Origin: the human T2T-CHM13v2.0 reference genome, Homo sapiens
Length of the DNA: 64,000 nucleotides
Reading direction: 5' to 3' (one strand)
Assembly (NCBI RefSeq): GCF_009914755.1
Contig: NC_060936.1
Made by a program: the position numbers and the translations under genes. The notes under the pieces were generated by a model. The model saw only the letters and a list, made by a program, of their open reading frames with translations. It did not search any database and was not told the DNA's origin. Positions within the stretch are counted from its first letter, which is position 1, and each line of letters starts with the position of its first letter. Positions 21,122 through 41,546 of the stretch are shown here, piece after piece.

Positions 21122-24022
21122 TTATTTATTTATTTATTTAATAATTTAAACTTTCATTTAAGATTCAGGGGGAACATGTGCAGATTTGTTACCTGGGTAT
21201 ATCGTGTGATGCTGAAGTTTGGGGTACAATTGCTCCCATAACCCAGGTACTGAGCATAATACTCAAAAGTTTTTCAATCCTTGTCCCCCTTCCCTCTTCA
21301 CTCCTCTAGTAGTCCCCAGTGTCTGTTATTGCCATGTTTATCTCCATGAAAACCCAATGTTTAGCTCCCACTTATTAGTGAGAACATATGGTATTTGGTT
21401 TTCTGTTTCTGCATTAATTCACTTAGGATAATAGCCTCCTGGTGAATCCATGTTGCTGCAAAGGACATGATTTCATTCTTTTTATGGCTATGTAGTATTC
21501 AGTGGTGTATATGTACCACATTTTCTTTCTCCAATCCACAATTAATGGGTACCTAGGTTGATTTCATGTCTTTGCTATTGCAAATAGTGCTGTGATGAAC
21601 ATAAGAGGGCATGTGTCTTTTTGGTAGAATGATTTATTTTCTTTTGGATATATACCCAGTAATGGGATTGCTGGGTTGAATGGTAGTTCTAAGTTCTTTG
21701 AGAAATCTCAACTATTTTGCATAGTATCTGGACTAACTTACATTCCCACCAACAGTGTATAAGAGCTCCCTTTTCTGTGTAACCTCACCAGCATTTGTTG
21801 TTTTTTGACTTTTTTTTTTTTTTTTTTTTTTTTTTTGAGACAGAGTCTCGCTCTTTCGCCCGGGCCGGAGTGCAACGGTGCTATCTCGGTTCACTGCAAG
21901 CTCCGCCTCCTGGGTTCACGCCATTCTCCTGCCTCCGCCTTCCGAGTAGCTGCGGCTACAGGCGCCCACCACCACGCCTGGCTAAGTTTTTGTATTTTTT
22001 TTAGTAGAGACGGGGTTTCACCATGTTAGCCAGGATGGACTCTATCTCCTGACCTCGTGATCTGCCCGCCTCGGCCTCCCAAACTGACCTGAGATGATAT
22101 CTCATAGGAGTTTTGATTTACATTTTCCTAATGATTACTGATGTGCAACATTTTTTCATATGTTTTTTGGCCCTTGTCTGTGTTCTTTTAAGAAATGTCT
22201 GTTCGTGTCTTTTGCCTACTTATCTTTGTCTACAATTTTAAATGGGGTTATTTGTTTTTTGCTTGTTGATTTAAGTTCTTTATGGATTCTGGATATTAGA
22301 CCTTTGTTGGAGGCACAGTTCGCGAGCATTTCCTCCAATTCTGTTGATTGTCTCTTTACTCTGTTGATAGTTTGTTTTGCTGTGCAGAAGCTCTTTAGTG
22401 TAATCATCCCACTTGATTTTTGGTTTTGCTTCAATTGTTTTTGAGGACTTGGTCATAATTTCTTTCCTAAGGCCAATGTCCACAATGGTGTTTGCTAGGT
22501 TTTCTTCTAGGATTCTTATACTTTGAGGTCTTACATTTAAATCTTTCATCCATCTTTAGTTAATTTTTTACATGCTAAAAAGTAGAAGTCTAATTTCATT
22601 CTTCTGCATATGGCTAGCCAGCTACCGCAGTACCATTTATTGAATAGGGAGTCCTATCCCCATTGTTTATTTTTGTCAACTTTATCAAAGATTAGGTGTT
22701 TGACTTAATTTATGGATTCTCTATTCTTCTTCTTTGGTCTGTGTGTCTGTTTTTGTACCAGTACGATGCTGTTTTGGTTACTGTAGCCTTATAGAATAGT
22801 TTGAAGTCAGGTAATGTTATGCCTCTGGCTTTGTTCTTTTTGCATAGGATTTCTCCAGCTGGTCAGGTTCCATGGCTCCATATGAATTTTAGAACAGTTT
22901 AGGACAGTTTTTTCTAGTTCTGTGAAAAATGACATTGGTAGCTTGATTAGGAATGGGATTGAATGTGTAGATTGCTTTGGGTAGTATGGTCATTTTAATG
23001 ATATTGATTCTTCCAATCCATGATCATGAAATGTTTTCCATTTTTTTCTGTCATTTATGATTTCTTTCAGCAGTGTTTTGTAGTTCTCCTTGTAGAGCCC
23101 TTTCACCTTCATGGTTAGATGTATTCCTAGGTGTTTTTTTGTTGTTCTTGTTTTGTTTTGTTTTGTTTTGTTTGCAGTGATTGTAAATGGGATTGCATTC
23201 TTGAATTGGCACTCAGCTTGAACATTACTGGATGTATAGAAATGCTACTGATTTTTGTACATTGATTTTGTATCCTGAAACTTTATGGAAGTTATTTATC
23301 AGTTCCCAGATATTTTCATTGGAGTTTTTAGGGATTTCTACCTATAGAATCATATTGTCAGCAAGAGATCATTTGACTTCTTCTGTTCCTATTTGGATGC
23401 CTTTTCTTTCTTTCTCTTGCCTGAGTGCTCTGGCAAGGACTTTCACCGTTATGTTGAGTAGGAGTTATTCCAGTTCTCCAGGGTATTGTTTCCAGTTTTT
23501 GCCTGTCAATATCATGTTGGCTGTGGGTTTGTCAGAGATGGCTCTGATTATTTTGAGATATGTTTCTTTAATCCCTAGTTTCTTGAGGGTTTTTATCACA
23601 AACGGTTGTTGGATTTTATCAAAAACTTTTTCTGCATCTATTTAGATAGTTGTATGGTTTTTGTTTTAAATTCTGTTTATGGAGTCAATCATATTTATTG
23701 ATTTTTGTATGTTGAACCAACCTGGCATCCCAGGACTGAAGTCTAGTTGATCATGTTGAATTAACTTTGTAATGTGCTTCTGGATTCCGTTTGCTAGATT
23801 TTTTGAGGATGTTTCTGTCTATGTTCATTAGAGATATTGGCCTAATATAGTAGTTTTCTTTCTTCATTTGTCTTTGCTGGGGTTTGGTATCAAGGTGATG
23901 CTGGCTTCATAGAGTGAGCTCAGGAGGAGTCTTCCTCCTCAATTTTTAAGAATAGTTTCAGTAGAATTAGTACCAGCTCTTCTTTTTACAGCTGGTAGAA
24001 TTCAGCTATGAATCCATCTATC
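21122..24022 (-). mobile_element. L1PA15/16-like, 5'-truncated
   Basis: 3'UTR agattcaggggg..gatgctgaagtttggggtac; ORF2 remnants (LKSFCTAK). Confidence 0.9.
21810..22083 (-). mobile_element. AluY lacking its 5' ~40 nt
   Basis: gcaagctccgcctcctgggttcacgccattc; gacctcgtgatc. Confidence 0.92.
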
Positions 24023-24264
24023 TGGCCCAATTGCCTCCTTTTACAACCAACAGTAAACTCATACAAATCCTGTGACCAACTTGCCCACTTTAAAGAGATC
24101 CTGTTGTCAATGGTAGAGCATCTTTTACTTTGAAAAATAATCCTAATCACTCATCTTGCTTCTGTGAATTGCAAAGCATCAACATGGAAATGTGAACTCT
24201 CCATGATTTATACTATTTTGAAAAAACCGAGAAAATAATAAGTATTCAGGAGACTAATTAGGAG

Positions 24265-24500
24265 TTAAGAACTTATATTCAGTGAGAGGCTTAGGTTCAG
24301 AATGGAGCCTAGCACTTACCAGCAACTTACTTGAGCAAGTTTGTGAACAATTTGGAGCTGCAATTTTCTCGTGTGTAAAGTGAGAAGGTAAAATTATTGC
24401 ATATTGGAAACGATATTATAAGAGGTAAATTCAATAATACTGTATATGTTATTCACTTAACATATTCCCACTTTAGAATAAGCACTCTATAAAGGTTTGC
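24265..24500 (+). mobile_element. MIR
   Basis: cacttaccagc..ttgagcaagtt..ttttctcgtgtgtaaagtgag..taagcactctataaa. Confidence 0.65.
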
Positions 24501-25028
24501 TGATGCTACTGGTATTGGCATTTTCTTTGCAGAATCACAATCAACATATAACATGTTTTTCAATGAAATATAATGTTAGCTGGATGTATTACATTTTTAT
24601 TAATATAGCATTATGGAATTTTTATGGTTTAACTTTAGGAAACACTGAGACTTAGTAATTATATGATTTAGTTTCCCTATCTCCTTAAAAATCACCTGGT
24701 TTAATTTTCTGATAGACTGTGAGCTTGTTGACATTTGAGTCTCCTTTGACTCAAGAAATCTTTATTCATTGTCTGCTATGTGTTAGCCATTATTCTAGGT
24801 TTAGAGAAATCAAAAATGAACTAAACTAAAGTCTTTGCCTTCATGAGGCTATTACTCTTGAAGGTGAAAACTGACAATAAACAAATACATATACAATATA
24901 TATAAATATAGTTGGAGGGGTAACCCCAATATCCTGAATGGAAATTGGTTCGGAATAAGCATTCAATTAATATAAATTAAATTTAAGTTGATCATTTTAA
25001 ATTATGTCATTGTAATGTGGAGAATACG

Positions 25029-25232
25029 CAAAGATGTGCTGGAGTGAGCTTTCTCCAGCTCAGAAGAGCCAATTGTGTGCATTTATTCCCAATTTTGAGA
25101 TCAGTGACTTCACCTTAGTAGCTTTAAATCAGTCACTGTAGGCATTTTTACACTATGGAAATTAGCAATGCTACACACAGGGTCTGCTTTTTCTGAGAAC
25201 CATTTTATTAAGCATTTACCAGCACATCGCTG
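25029..25232 (+). mobile_element. MER63A-like hAT element
   Basis: TIRs gatgtgctgg / ccagcacatcgctg; internal cagtgacttcaccttagtagctttaaatc. Confidence 0.75.
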
Positions 25233-26244
25233 AATAAAGTCTGGCAAGGAGTAAATTCTGAATTTTATGCACTTCTGAAAATAAATAATCCTTAGCATAT
25301 TATATTAGTAAATTAACACATATTAATATAATAGTACATGAAAATATTATATTAATAAATTTCAGAGAGCCAAATTAACAAATTATATATACAATGTTAG
25401 TATGAAGATGATCCAGAAAGTGCATAGTTATGTAAATGAATGGTTTCTTCCAATTAATAGCCATCTCTTGATTATTTAGGCCCAGGAAAGAAGTGTAATG
25501 TGGATAATGCAGACCATTAACTAACTAAGAAATGTTTGTATTTAATTTAAAATATATTTTTTGATAAAAGTTTGTGTTTCTATTAGAATTTACTCAGTAT
25601 GTTGTTAAGCAATTTATATCCTTTAAGCATAATAACCCACCAGCTGTGGAGGGAAAAGAGAAGCTTCTGGGTGTCAGGAGGAAGCAAATTTAAAATTATT
25701 TTCCTGTGGAAAAACCATGAAAATCATTTAGTTGACTATATGCAGAGCTACAATGCTCTGGGCTAGAAATTTCCCAAGGCTGCATACCTGGAGAGTATAC
25801 ATTATTAAATCAGAATTTTTTGAAAAAGGAAAACCTATTTTAAATTCTGCTACAACCTGTGTTTTGTTGTTTAATTTTTGGTGGTGTATTAAATTTATTT
25901 TGTTCTTTTATGTTTTAGAAATGTTTTTCTATCAAAATATTAGATATAGATTTGATTCTGAATCAAAAATGTAAGAAAGGGAAAAATTCATGCATTCTCA
26001 GTCATCAGGGCATCCCATGTACAAGGAGCAAGCGAGTGTGAGAATTACTAATCTGTTCTCAAAAACATCTTCAAACTGTATTTCCAACCCATGCCCCAGC
26101 AGAAACATCCAAATCTTACTTATATTTAGTTCCTGTTTAATATCAGGCAAATGAAATATTAGATTATGTCCTAAAAGCACAATCATATTACTTCTATTAT
26201 ATTGATCAGTAAGTGATAATAACCTGTCAAATATTTTTCAATAA

Positions 26245-26470
26245 TAATATATGGGTACCATTTACTGAAAACCACTCACTAGCTAGGCACAACTCCTGGT
26301 ACTTAATATACTATCTCCAATCCCAGTGACAACATTATCAGAAAATTATTATTATAAATGAGGAAATTAATGTTCAGAGAGATTAAGTATTTCCTCCAAG
26401 GTCAAACAACTAGCAAATAGCAAAATGAGGACCCTTAAAAAGGCCATTTTGGCTCAAAAGCTCATGGAAG
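26245..26470 (-). mobile_element. MIR
   Basis: ccatttactga..atgaggaaatt..cagagagattaagt..ccaaggtca. Confidence 0.75.
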
Positions 26471-27444
26471 TTTACTGAATTTATTGGCAATTACCCAACC
26501 TTCCTGCTAATCGCCTTTAATTTGTTCTATGGCAATCTTTCCCCTGGGGGAAAAGAACATAAACATATCCTGGCAATAGGGGCAATTATCTTCATAAACA
26601 GGACCATCTAGCAAAGCCAATTCAAAGCACATTAAATTGGAACCCAGAGTTCTGCCTGCCTTGCTGTGTATAATCTGTTTTGATTAACTTACAAATGGCA
26701 CAAATTGTCCTTTTGAGTTTATGCCAGGAGCGAAGTAGAAGTTGTGGCTTTTATTTTTGCCAGGCAGTTGAAGCTCCAATTTGTGGCAAACTAAGTGTAA
26801 GTAAAAGGAAACTGTTGAGCTAGAACTTTCATCTCCATGTCAAATGGCAGCTTATGGTAAAAGGAGCCAAAAAGCATTTTCAAATAAGTAGCTGTCTATA
26901 GTAAACTTTTCTTAAAGATAATGTAGACATATCCTAAAATTAGAGTTAAAAACAAGCTATTTGGGTCCCTCAAGTAAATCGAAGAAAAGAGAATTTAGGT
27001 ACAAATTTATAATAGTTGTGTTGATAGCTAAGTTATATACAACCAAGAATAATGAATTAAGTAAGAAGATAAATATCACTAAAACACAGCCTGTAAGTGA
27101 TAAATGCCAGAGGTCTAGTGCCTAATTTCTTAGAAACATGTCCTTGTTTATTTGGAAAGTGTATTTAAGGGGTTCTATGTGACTTTAGGACTGGAACATG
27201 TTGGCCTCTCTGTTGGCTTTCTTTTCTTTACTCAAATATTGGGAAGCATAACAATAATTTAATTCAGTGATATGCTTGTAAATTTGCTATAACTCATGTA
27301 TACATTCAATATATTGTTTTTGTAAATGTTAAAGTTCTGCCCGTGACATTTGAGTGCTTGATTTATCTGAAATTTACCTTTGTGTGAGATTAGAGATTCA
27401 TTTTCACTTTTTTTCTATATGGATACCCATTTCCCCAACATATT

Positions 27445-28950
27445 TATTTATGTATTTATTTATTACTTTTAACCAACACATACTAATCATACATATTTAT
27501 GGAGTACAGTGTAATGTTTTGATACATGTATACAATGTGTAATGATAAAAATCAGAGTAGCATATTCAACACCTCAAACATTTATCGTTTCTTAGTGTTG
27601 AGAATAGTCAAAATCCATTATTTCAACTATTTGAAAAATCTACAATAAATCATTTATTGTAGTCACTCTATAGTGCAATAGAACATTAGAACTTAGTTCT
27701 CCTACCTAGCTGTACTTTTGTGTCCATTAACCAACCTCTGGCTGTCTCCCCTCTCCCCAGTCTTCCAACCCTCCAGTAACCACTATTCTACTTTCTACTT
27801 CCATGAGATCAACTTTTTGTGCCTCCCCGTAGAAGTGATAACATGCAATGTTTACCTTTCTGTGCCTCTTATTTCACTTAATATAATGTCCTCCAAGCTC
27901 ATCTATGATGCTGCAAATGACAGAATTTCTTTCCTTTTTACTGCTAAGTAGTATTATATTATGTATATATACCACATTTTCTTTATCCATCTGTTGATGG
28001 ACACTCAGGTTAATTCCATATCTTGGCTATTGTAAACACTGCTACAATGTACATGGAGTACAGATATCTATTCAATGTACTGACTTTTTCCATTTTTATA
28101 TATATACCCTGTACTAGCTTTACTGGATCATATGGTAGTTTAGTTTTTAGGAACCTCCATAATGTTTTCCATAATGGCTGTACCAGCTTATATTCCCATC
28201 AACAGCATATAACAGTTCCTGTTTCTCTGAATCCTCACGAGCATTTGTTATTTTTTGTCTTTTTTATAATGGCCATTCTAAGATGAGATGATATCTCATT
28301 GTAGTTTTGACTTGCATTTCCCTGATGATTAGTGATGTTTAACATTTTTCCACACATCTGTTGGTCATTTGCATGTGTTCTTTAGCGAGATATTTATTCA
28401 GCTTATTTGCCCATTTTTAATTGGAATATTTGGGGTTTTTTTCCTGTTGAGCTGTTTGAGTTCCTTGTATATTCTCAATATTAATCCCTTGTTGGGTGAA
28501 TAGTTTGCAAATATTTTCTGCCACTCTGCAGGTTGGCTCTTCATTCTGTCATTGTTTCCTTTGCTCTGCAGAAGGCTTTTAGTTTGATATAATTCCAATT
28601 ATTTGTTTTTCTACTTTTGTTTCCTGTGCTTTTAAGAATTTTTCCATAAAATGTTTGCCCAGACCAATTGCCTGAACTGTTTCTTCTACACTTTCTTCCA
28701 GTAGTTTCATCATTTCTGATCTAACATTTAAATCTTTACTCCACTTTGGTTTGATTTTCATATATAGTGAGAGATGGGGATCTAGTTTTATTTTTCTGTA
28801 GATAGATATTCAGTTTTCCCAGTTCCATTTATTGAAGACACTGTCCTCTACCCAGAGAATGTTTTTGGCAACTCTGTTGAAAATCAATTGGCTGTAAAAA
28901 TATGGATTTATTTCTCGCTTCTCTATTCTATTCTATTGTTCTATGTCCAA
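27445..28950 (-). mobile_element. L1MA-type 3' region
   Basis: Reverse 3'UTR plus ORF2 remnants (EWQKIFANY, WSKDLNVR). Confidence 0.85.
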
Positions 28951-31900
28951 TATATTTATTTAATAATATTTCCATTTTTTACTGATCTGTAATACCACCT
29001 GTTGTATCAGTTTACATAGATACATAAGTTCATTTTCTGGGGTCTCTACTCTCTTCCATTTTGCCTCAAATATGATAACAATCCCAATACTATTCTGTAA
29101 CAAATATTAAATATAGCTCTATAATATTAGATAGCTTTAGGATAAATATTGATATTTGACAGGGCAACTACACATCACTCTTCTTTGTTAGTCATGTCTT
29201 GAATATTCTTGAGACTTTGGAATTTTATATGAATTTTAGAATAAGCTCATCAAGCTTTGTGAACAGAAAAAAAACCTGTTAGAATTTTGATGGACATGAC
29301 ATTGAATAAGTCAAGTTGCAGATAATTGACATTTTTAATATATTGTGTCTGTCTATCCATGAACATGGTATGGCACTCCATTTATTTTTTTGTTAACTTT
29401 CATTAAAGTTTTATAGATTCCGCACAAAACTTTTGCAATTTTTTACTAGTTTTATTCTTAAATGTCTTATATTTTTGTTGCATTTATAAATGTATTCTTT
29501 TTTGCCTAAGTTGCTTGTTCTAAATATATGTTAGTATATAAGAAATACAATTGACTTTTGTATATCAAGCTTATATGCAGAACTAGCTCATCACTCTTGA
29601 TAAATCTAATTTGTCCATAAATATTTGGGGATTTCCATATAGACAATTATGTCACCTAAAAACAATGTCATTTCTTAATTCCAGTTATTATAGGGTTTAT
29701 TCTTTCTCATCTTGATAGTAAGCCCCATTGTTTTGATCTTCAACTTAAAGGAATTTTTTAGAATTCACGATTATTTGTTGTGGGATTTTATAGATGCCAT
29801 TCATTAGTTTAAAGAAGATTAAGAGTTTAAGGGAGATGCCATTCATTAGTTTAAGGGAGATTATTTATATTCCTAGGTTGCTAGTTAGCTGCATTCCACA
29901 AATTTTGATATGTAGAACTTTTAACATTGATTACTAAAAATATTTTAATTTTTATTGCTTCCTTCTTTGACTCACAAACTATTTAGAAATATGTCTTTTA
30001 ATTATTACATAAATGGCTATCTTTATTCATTTTTTGTTGATTCTAACAAAATTGTATTATCACAAAATATGTTGTGCATATAACAAAATTCTTTGAAATT
30101 TGTTGAGACTTGCTTTATGGTCAAATTTGTGGTCAGTTTTCATAAATGGCCCATCTGTGTTTTTGAAAAATGTAAGCTCTCCAGCTGTTGAACATAGTAG
30201 TTGTACAGTTTGCCATTGCTGTGTAACAGATTGCCATAAACTTACCTACTTAAAACAAAATTCATTTTTTAGCTCATAGTCTGGTTCTGGGCAGAGGTCT
30301 ATGGTATGGCGAAATTGTCTGAGCAGTGTCTTAGCACACTTGCATTAATTTCTGGAGAATTTAGGGAAGAATCTGCTTCCACGTTCATTCTTATTGTTGA
30401 CTGAATTCAATTCTTGTTGTAGGACTGAAGTCTCCATTTTTTTTTGTTGGCTGTCAACTGGATGCCACTCTTAGCTCTGAAATATCACCTACATTACTTG
30501 CCATGTGGCCTCTTCCATCTTCAAAGCCAGCAACAGAATCTCCCTTGCACTGTTTCCCTTTCGTGATGATAGTTTCATTCTGCAGGATAAAAACTCAGAA
30601 TCTCTTAAAGGCCTATTTGATTAGATTATATCCACTAAAAGGGTAATATCCCTTTCTTAAAGTCAAATGTGCTATATATCAGAGTGTAATCATGGGAAAG
30701 ATATTCCATCATATTCACAGTCCTGGGGGCTTTACAGGTCATGTATACCATGAGTGGGAGCAGAAAGCCTGGGGAACATCTTAGAATTCTGCTTACAACA
30801 GTAGTCTATGTATTATTAGGTCAAGCTTGCTAATTGGTTGAAATCTTTTATATCTTTATTTATTGTGTACTTGATCAATCAGTTGCTGAGTGTGGTGCTT
30901 TAAGTCTTTCACTATGATAATGGTGAAAGGTTAATATCTACTTATAGTTCTGTCCTTCTATTTTTATATATGTTTAAACTTATTGTTAGGTACATATGAA
31001 CAGCATTGTTTTTGCTTGATGAACAGAAACTTTTATGCTCCTAGTCTAGTCATTTTTTTCTGTCATAATGGTCTGCCATAATGGTCTTTTACATTACATT
31101 AATACAGCAATATTAGCTTTTTTCATTAGTATTCATCAATATATATTTTTCTATCACTTTTCTGTCAAACATTCTGTTTTGAAGTTTTACATGGGTCTCT
31201 TTTGAATATCATACTGCTGGATATAAAAATATTTATCTATTAGAATTTGCCCCAGTTACATGATGGCTACTAATACATTTTATTTTTGCTACTTTATTTT
31301 GTGCTTTTTATACAACTTTTTCTTTATTTTTTATTTCTTTTTTATTCCATTTTCTTTCTACCAATTTAGCAGCAATATGATATGACTTATGTTTTCTTGC
31401 AGTTATCCCATAAATTTTGGCATGCATGGTAAATTTAACAACATCAAGATTATATCTTACCCCTTCAGGCTCACTGTGTATAGTTACACAGGTAGCACAC
31501 TGTGTTTGATTATGATCTATTTCCCCTTGAATGCATACAGCACAATCCACACAACATTGCATGTTCAACTATACAAAGAACTCAAGTTGACTTAATTCTG
31601 GTCACCCATTGTTATAACTTGTATGTAAATGGTCTGAGATTTTAATTCTACCTTGTTTTTTTTTAACTTACAAATTAGAAAGTATTATTGTTGCTTTATA
31701 CAATTGTTGTTTTGTTAAATTAAACCACATGTTACGTTCATTGGTAACTATTCCCTATGCCTCTCAGATTATTTTTGTAGATCACTTTTCTTTTTCCAGA
31801 AGAATATAATTCAGAAGTAACTTTAGATTTCGATTTGGGGGAAAAAAAATCTCAGTTTGGATTTTTCTAACAGGTTTTAATTTCTATCAAATTCTTGAAA

Positions 31901-33270
31901 AATGACTGGACATTTTTCTAGATTGCTAATTACTCTATTTAAGTGCATTGATTATTCCATTACTGTCTGGCTCTGTTGCTCTTGAGAGTTTAAATATCAG
32001 CATAATATTTCTTTCTTTGTAGTTAAACTCTTTTCTTTCTGCTGAAGATGATATTTTTGATGTACTGCAGTTTAAAGATGGAGAGTAGAGGTGAGGGTTT
32101 CATTTTTATTTTTTGATCCAGCAGCCTTCCTGTGTCTGAAGATGGTGTTTTTCAACAATTTTTACCACCATTTTCTTTAACGTATCTCTCCCGTTTTCTC
32201 TTTTGTCTTATCTGGAAGATACAGGTTGATACTCTTACTCCATTCTCCATCTCTCTTTACCTTTCTTTTGTATTTTCCATTTTTAGTCTGTGATACATGA
32301 TGGCAAATTTATTCAAATATATTCTTCAACATGTACTCTCTTCAGCAGCATATCTAATCTTTTTACCCAATCTTTTATTATCACACCTATGTTATTCCTA
32401 CTATTTTATTTTCACTTTCAAATGTTCTATATGGTTTCTTTTCAAATATTTCTGGTCAATGTTAATAGCCTTTTATCAATTCTTTATGTTTTCAATGCAT
32501 TCTTTACCCTTTAATTACTTTTTGCAGGTCTGATTCTGTCATTTGTTGCTACTCTTGACTCAATGGCTATTTCTACATGTTCAATACTGGGGAGTGGGTT
32601 ATACATTTATGTTATTTGGAACTTTATCTTTGGTAATTCCTTAAGGCCTAAGATTAGAAGCCAGAGACTACAAATTATTTAACTTTGCTTCATCCAGGTA
32701 CCTGGAGGCATGATCAATTTCAGAATACTTTATACTACATTTTAGGCTTGAAGTTTGTTAGGACATCCTGATCATGTGAATTAAGCTCAAAATTCACCTG
32801 AAAAAGTTAAAATCTTTAGAAATGCTAGGAGAAGAAGATATATACTAATACTGCCTCTGTCTGCAAAGTAAGGTTTCATTTTCTACTTCCCTCCTTTGTA
32901 GTTCACCATTAATGGGTCCTGGCATTTTGTGGGGTTTGCAATCCTTCCCCCAAGTCTGGTCATGCCCTAGACTTTGTCTCTTATTCCTCTATTCATGGAC
33001 CATTGAAGTTCAAAATCTATGGCAGAGACGTACAAATACCTGAGGACAAACACCAGCTCTAATTCTTCCTTACTCTTCTGGATTCTCTGTTTGTCATTGT
33101 AGCCTCTGAGGTAATCAATCCCTTTTCGCCCCAACCTGTTCTGATACACACTGGAAAAAAGGCTTTTGTTTCATATTGTTTTGTTTCTAAATATGACATA
33201 TTTGGGTGTGTTGTTCCAGAAAAAAAAATCTCTGAATATATAGTTTACCATATTACTGGAAACTGAAGCC
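28951..33270 (-). mobile_element. old L1M (MC/MD/ME) fragments
   Basis: Patchy degenerate reverse L1 motifs (ctatccatgaacatgg, gaaatttgttgagact); boundaries approximate. Confidence 0.55.
30202..30800 (-). mobile_element. MLT1 (F/G/H-like) solo LTR
   Basis: TG...CA termini with a perfect 5-bp TSD gtagt (30197-30201, 30801-30805). Confidence 0.8.
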
Positions 33271-33354
33271 TCATATTTTCATTATTTACAGCTATTTTTT
33301 TCATATCATCTACAAGTTACCGGGTAGTTAGTTATTACGTGCCAGGCACTAAAT

Positions 33355-33442
33355 TCTATCTATCTATCTCTCTATATATATATATGAGTGAGTGTCTGTG
33401 TGTGTATGTGTGTGTGAGAGACAGAGAAAGAGAGAGAGAGAG
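33355..33442. repeat. compound (TA)/(TG)/(GA) microsatellite
   Basis: Directly visible. Confidence 0.9.
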
Positions 33443-35599
33443 ACCTTATTTTTACAACAAATAGTAATGTGATAAGAGGAAAGTAGCATGGAAATTATTG
33501 AGGAAAAAATAATCACTTAAGAGAATCTTATACTGTCCCTAGGTATAATTTATGAATTTATTCTAGATCTTAAGCCTATTTTTCTATAGATTTTCAATAT
33601 TAGAGATTATAGACTAAACATGTTTGAATCACTTGTCCAAATCACTCTCTGGTTAATAGCAAAGAACAATGGTATGCGTTACTTTTAGCCGAATGGTACA
33701 CAGACCTAAGGGTTTTGCCCAAGGCTTCCTTAATAACTACAACAGTTTCATATAACAACAACCCCATAAATTACCTGGGATGTATAGAATAAAAAATAGA
33801 AATTATTTAGAAATTATACTTTTGTGTGGTCCATTCTCCATCTGAAATACTCTGGAAATGTAATTAACACAGCCTCTCTGCTCAGCCTAGCTTCTTTGCT
33901 ATGATGACAAGTCCCTGGCAAAAAGCCAGACTCTTGTTACAGCCAGTCTTTCTCCTTCTGTCCATGGTTTGCATAATAAAAGAAACAAGAAACAACCCAT
34001 GTGAAAATTGCAAGTGTTACAGAATTGACAGGAAAAAAATGATAATTAGACAGAAAATGTTGCTCTTTTGCCTGTGTGTGCTAAGTGGATTATTTGCAGA
34101 GCCTCAGGCAAGAGTAGATATGAAGACTTATATACCATATACCTAAATATTTTAAAGTTATAAATAAAGCTACCAAATATACCCACATAATGTTATAGAA
34201 AACTAGGCTTATATTTAGAATCCTGGGACAACTCAGAGTTCTACTCTAGGAAGTAAAACATGAAAAGCCTCAGGCTCCTGGGATGAATGGCATCCTGTTT
34301 CTCTTCCCATTCCCTGCTATAATATGTCCCAAGGCTCAAGAGACCCTGTGCACATGTATGGACAGAACAGCCCACATTCTCTACCTCCTTTGACATCCTG
34401 CAAACAGTTTCTCCTTCTCCACCCATCTGATAGCAAGGTTTACACTTTGAAGCACTATTTTGGGGGAAAGGCTCATATAGCACTGCAAATGACTTCAGAG
34501 TAATTACAACAGAGGAATCCAGCATCCCTGGTTCTAGAGCATGCCCTAGAAGGAGGAGCATATCTCCATGGCCCTGAGGAGTTCTTAGCCAGTGCGAATC
34601 ACTCAAAACACAAGGTTCATGGCAATTATCCACATTTCTATTGACTGTTCTGGTTGATCCAAGGAAAAGAAACTTCAGTGACAGGTATTAGATCACTCAA
34701 TAAATATTAAGTATCAATTATATGTCAGGTACGAGAAATATAACGAGGGAAAGACATTGTTCTTTTCTTGAAAACACTCATAGACTAATGGGAGAATAAA
34801 TAAGCTAATCACTATGCATAGTATAATCACATAATGGAATGCAGGTGGGTGTCCAAGTAGAAAAGTTCACTCTAAAACTAATGTTCTTAGCAACATTTCT
34901 CTGAGGAACACATGAGCACAAATTCTCTGTTTTAAAGCAGAAAGGAAGTGCTCCTTAAAATTTAGCAATTCCTCCTTTATCCCACAGTAGTCCCAGTGTC
35001 CGGACAGGCCACCACCACATGCAGGACTATAAGTCGACACAACTCCTCGTATAGAGGAATGCTAGCAGCAAGAAAATGTTTAAGAAATCTTGCAAACCAC
35101 ACAAAGCCAAGCAAGACTGTCAGGTGAAATATCTGTGAAACATGCCTTCTCTTATAGTCCCATAGCACCTATTCTGTACTTCCACTATGGCACACAGTAC
35201 ATCACATAAATGCTTAAATCACTTGTTTGCATCACTCATTATATTAGAAGCATTTAGAGAGAAAGACCTGATTTATCTTTGTATCTGTAACATGTAGCCG
35301 AAGGCTTGATCTCAAAGGTGCTCTTTTAACATTTATCGAATGAATTTCAGTTAGGTCTACACAAAATGTGTTTCATTTCAAAAGTAGTACTATAAAAAAA
35401 GGCTTTTGTGGAGCATTAGAATAATTTTCTGATATAACTATGTTTTCTTTCTTGTCTTGGTTGCCAGAAAACTCAAAATTAAATGTAATATTCACAAGTT
35501 GTATATTTTGATGTGTGCTTGAGGAACAGATAGGAAGATAAACAGCATATCTACACTACTCTTACAGAAGCGAAAAGGGAAGGTAATGGGGAACAAGCC

Positions 35600-41193
<5,594 letters not shown>

Positions 41194-41396
41194 AGGGAAG
41201 AAAACTTGATGAGGAAACTTACCATGATGGTGCCAAGATTGACATCTCTAGCCCAGGGTGGCCCAGGGTGGCTTCTTCCTATCTCATTGTTTGTTTAGGT
41301 GAAGAAGAGATTTAATTTTTTAGTGAGTTATTTGATGTAGTATAGTTTCTGCTACATAGTAACAACTATTTTTTATTACGCATATGAAAGGTAGTC

Positions 41397-41546
41397 GTGT
41401 TAGGCAGAAAAAAATGGCTCCCCAAAGATGTCCACATCCTGATCCACAGAACCTGTGAATATATTAGGTTATTTGGCAAAGGGAAACTAAGTTTGCTAAC
41501 CACCTGCCCTTATATAGTGAAAATACCCTGGATTATCCAGGTCCAA
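41397..41546 (+). mobile_element. MLT1D-like LTR 5' fragment
   Basis: aaagatgtccacatcctgatc..acctgtgaat..cctggattatccagg. Confidence 0.75.

Noticed and set aside
26480-26900. Homeobox-like TAAT/TTTAT motif cluster in unique DNA
   Set aside because: Expected by chance in AT-rich sequence; conservation cannot be assessed here
34241-34633. 130-aa ORF in non-repeat DNA
   Set aside because: Non-ATG start, no recognisable homology or exon structure
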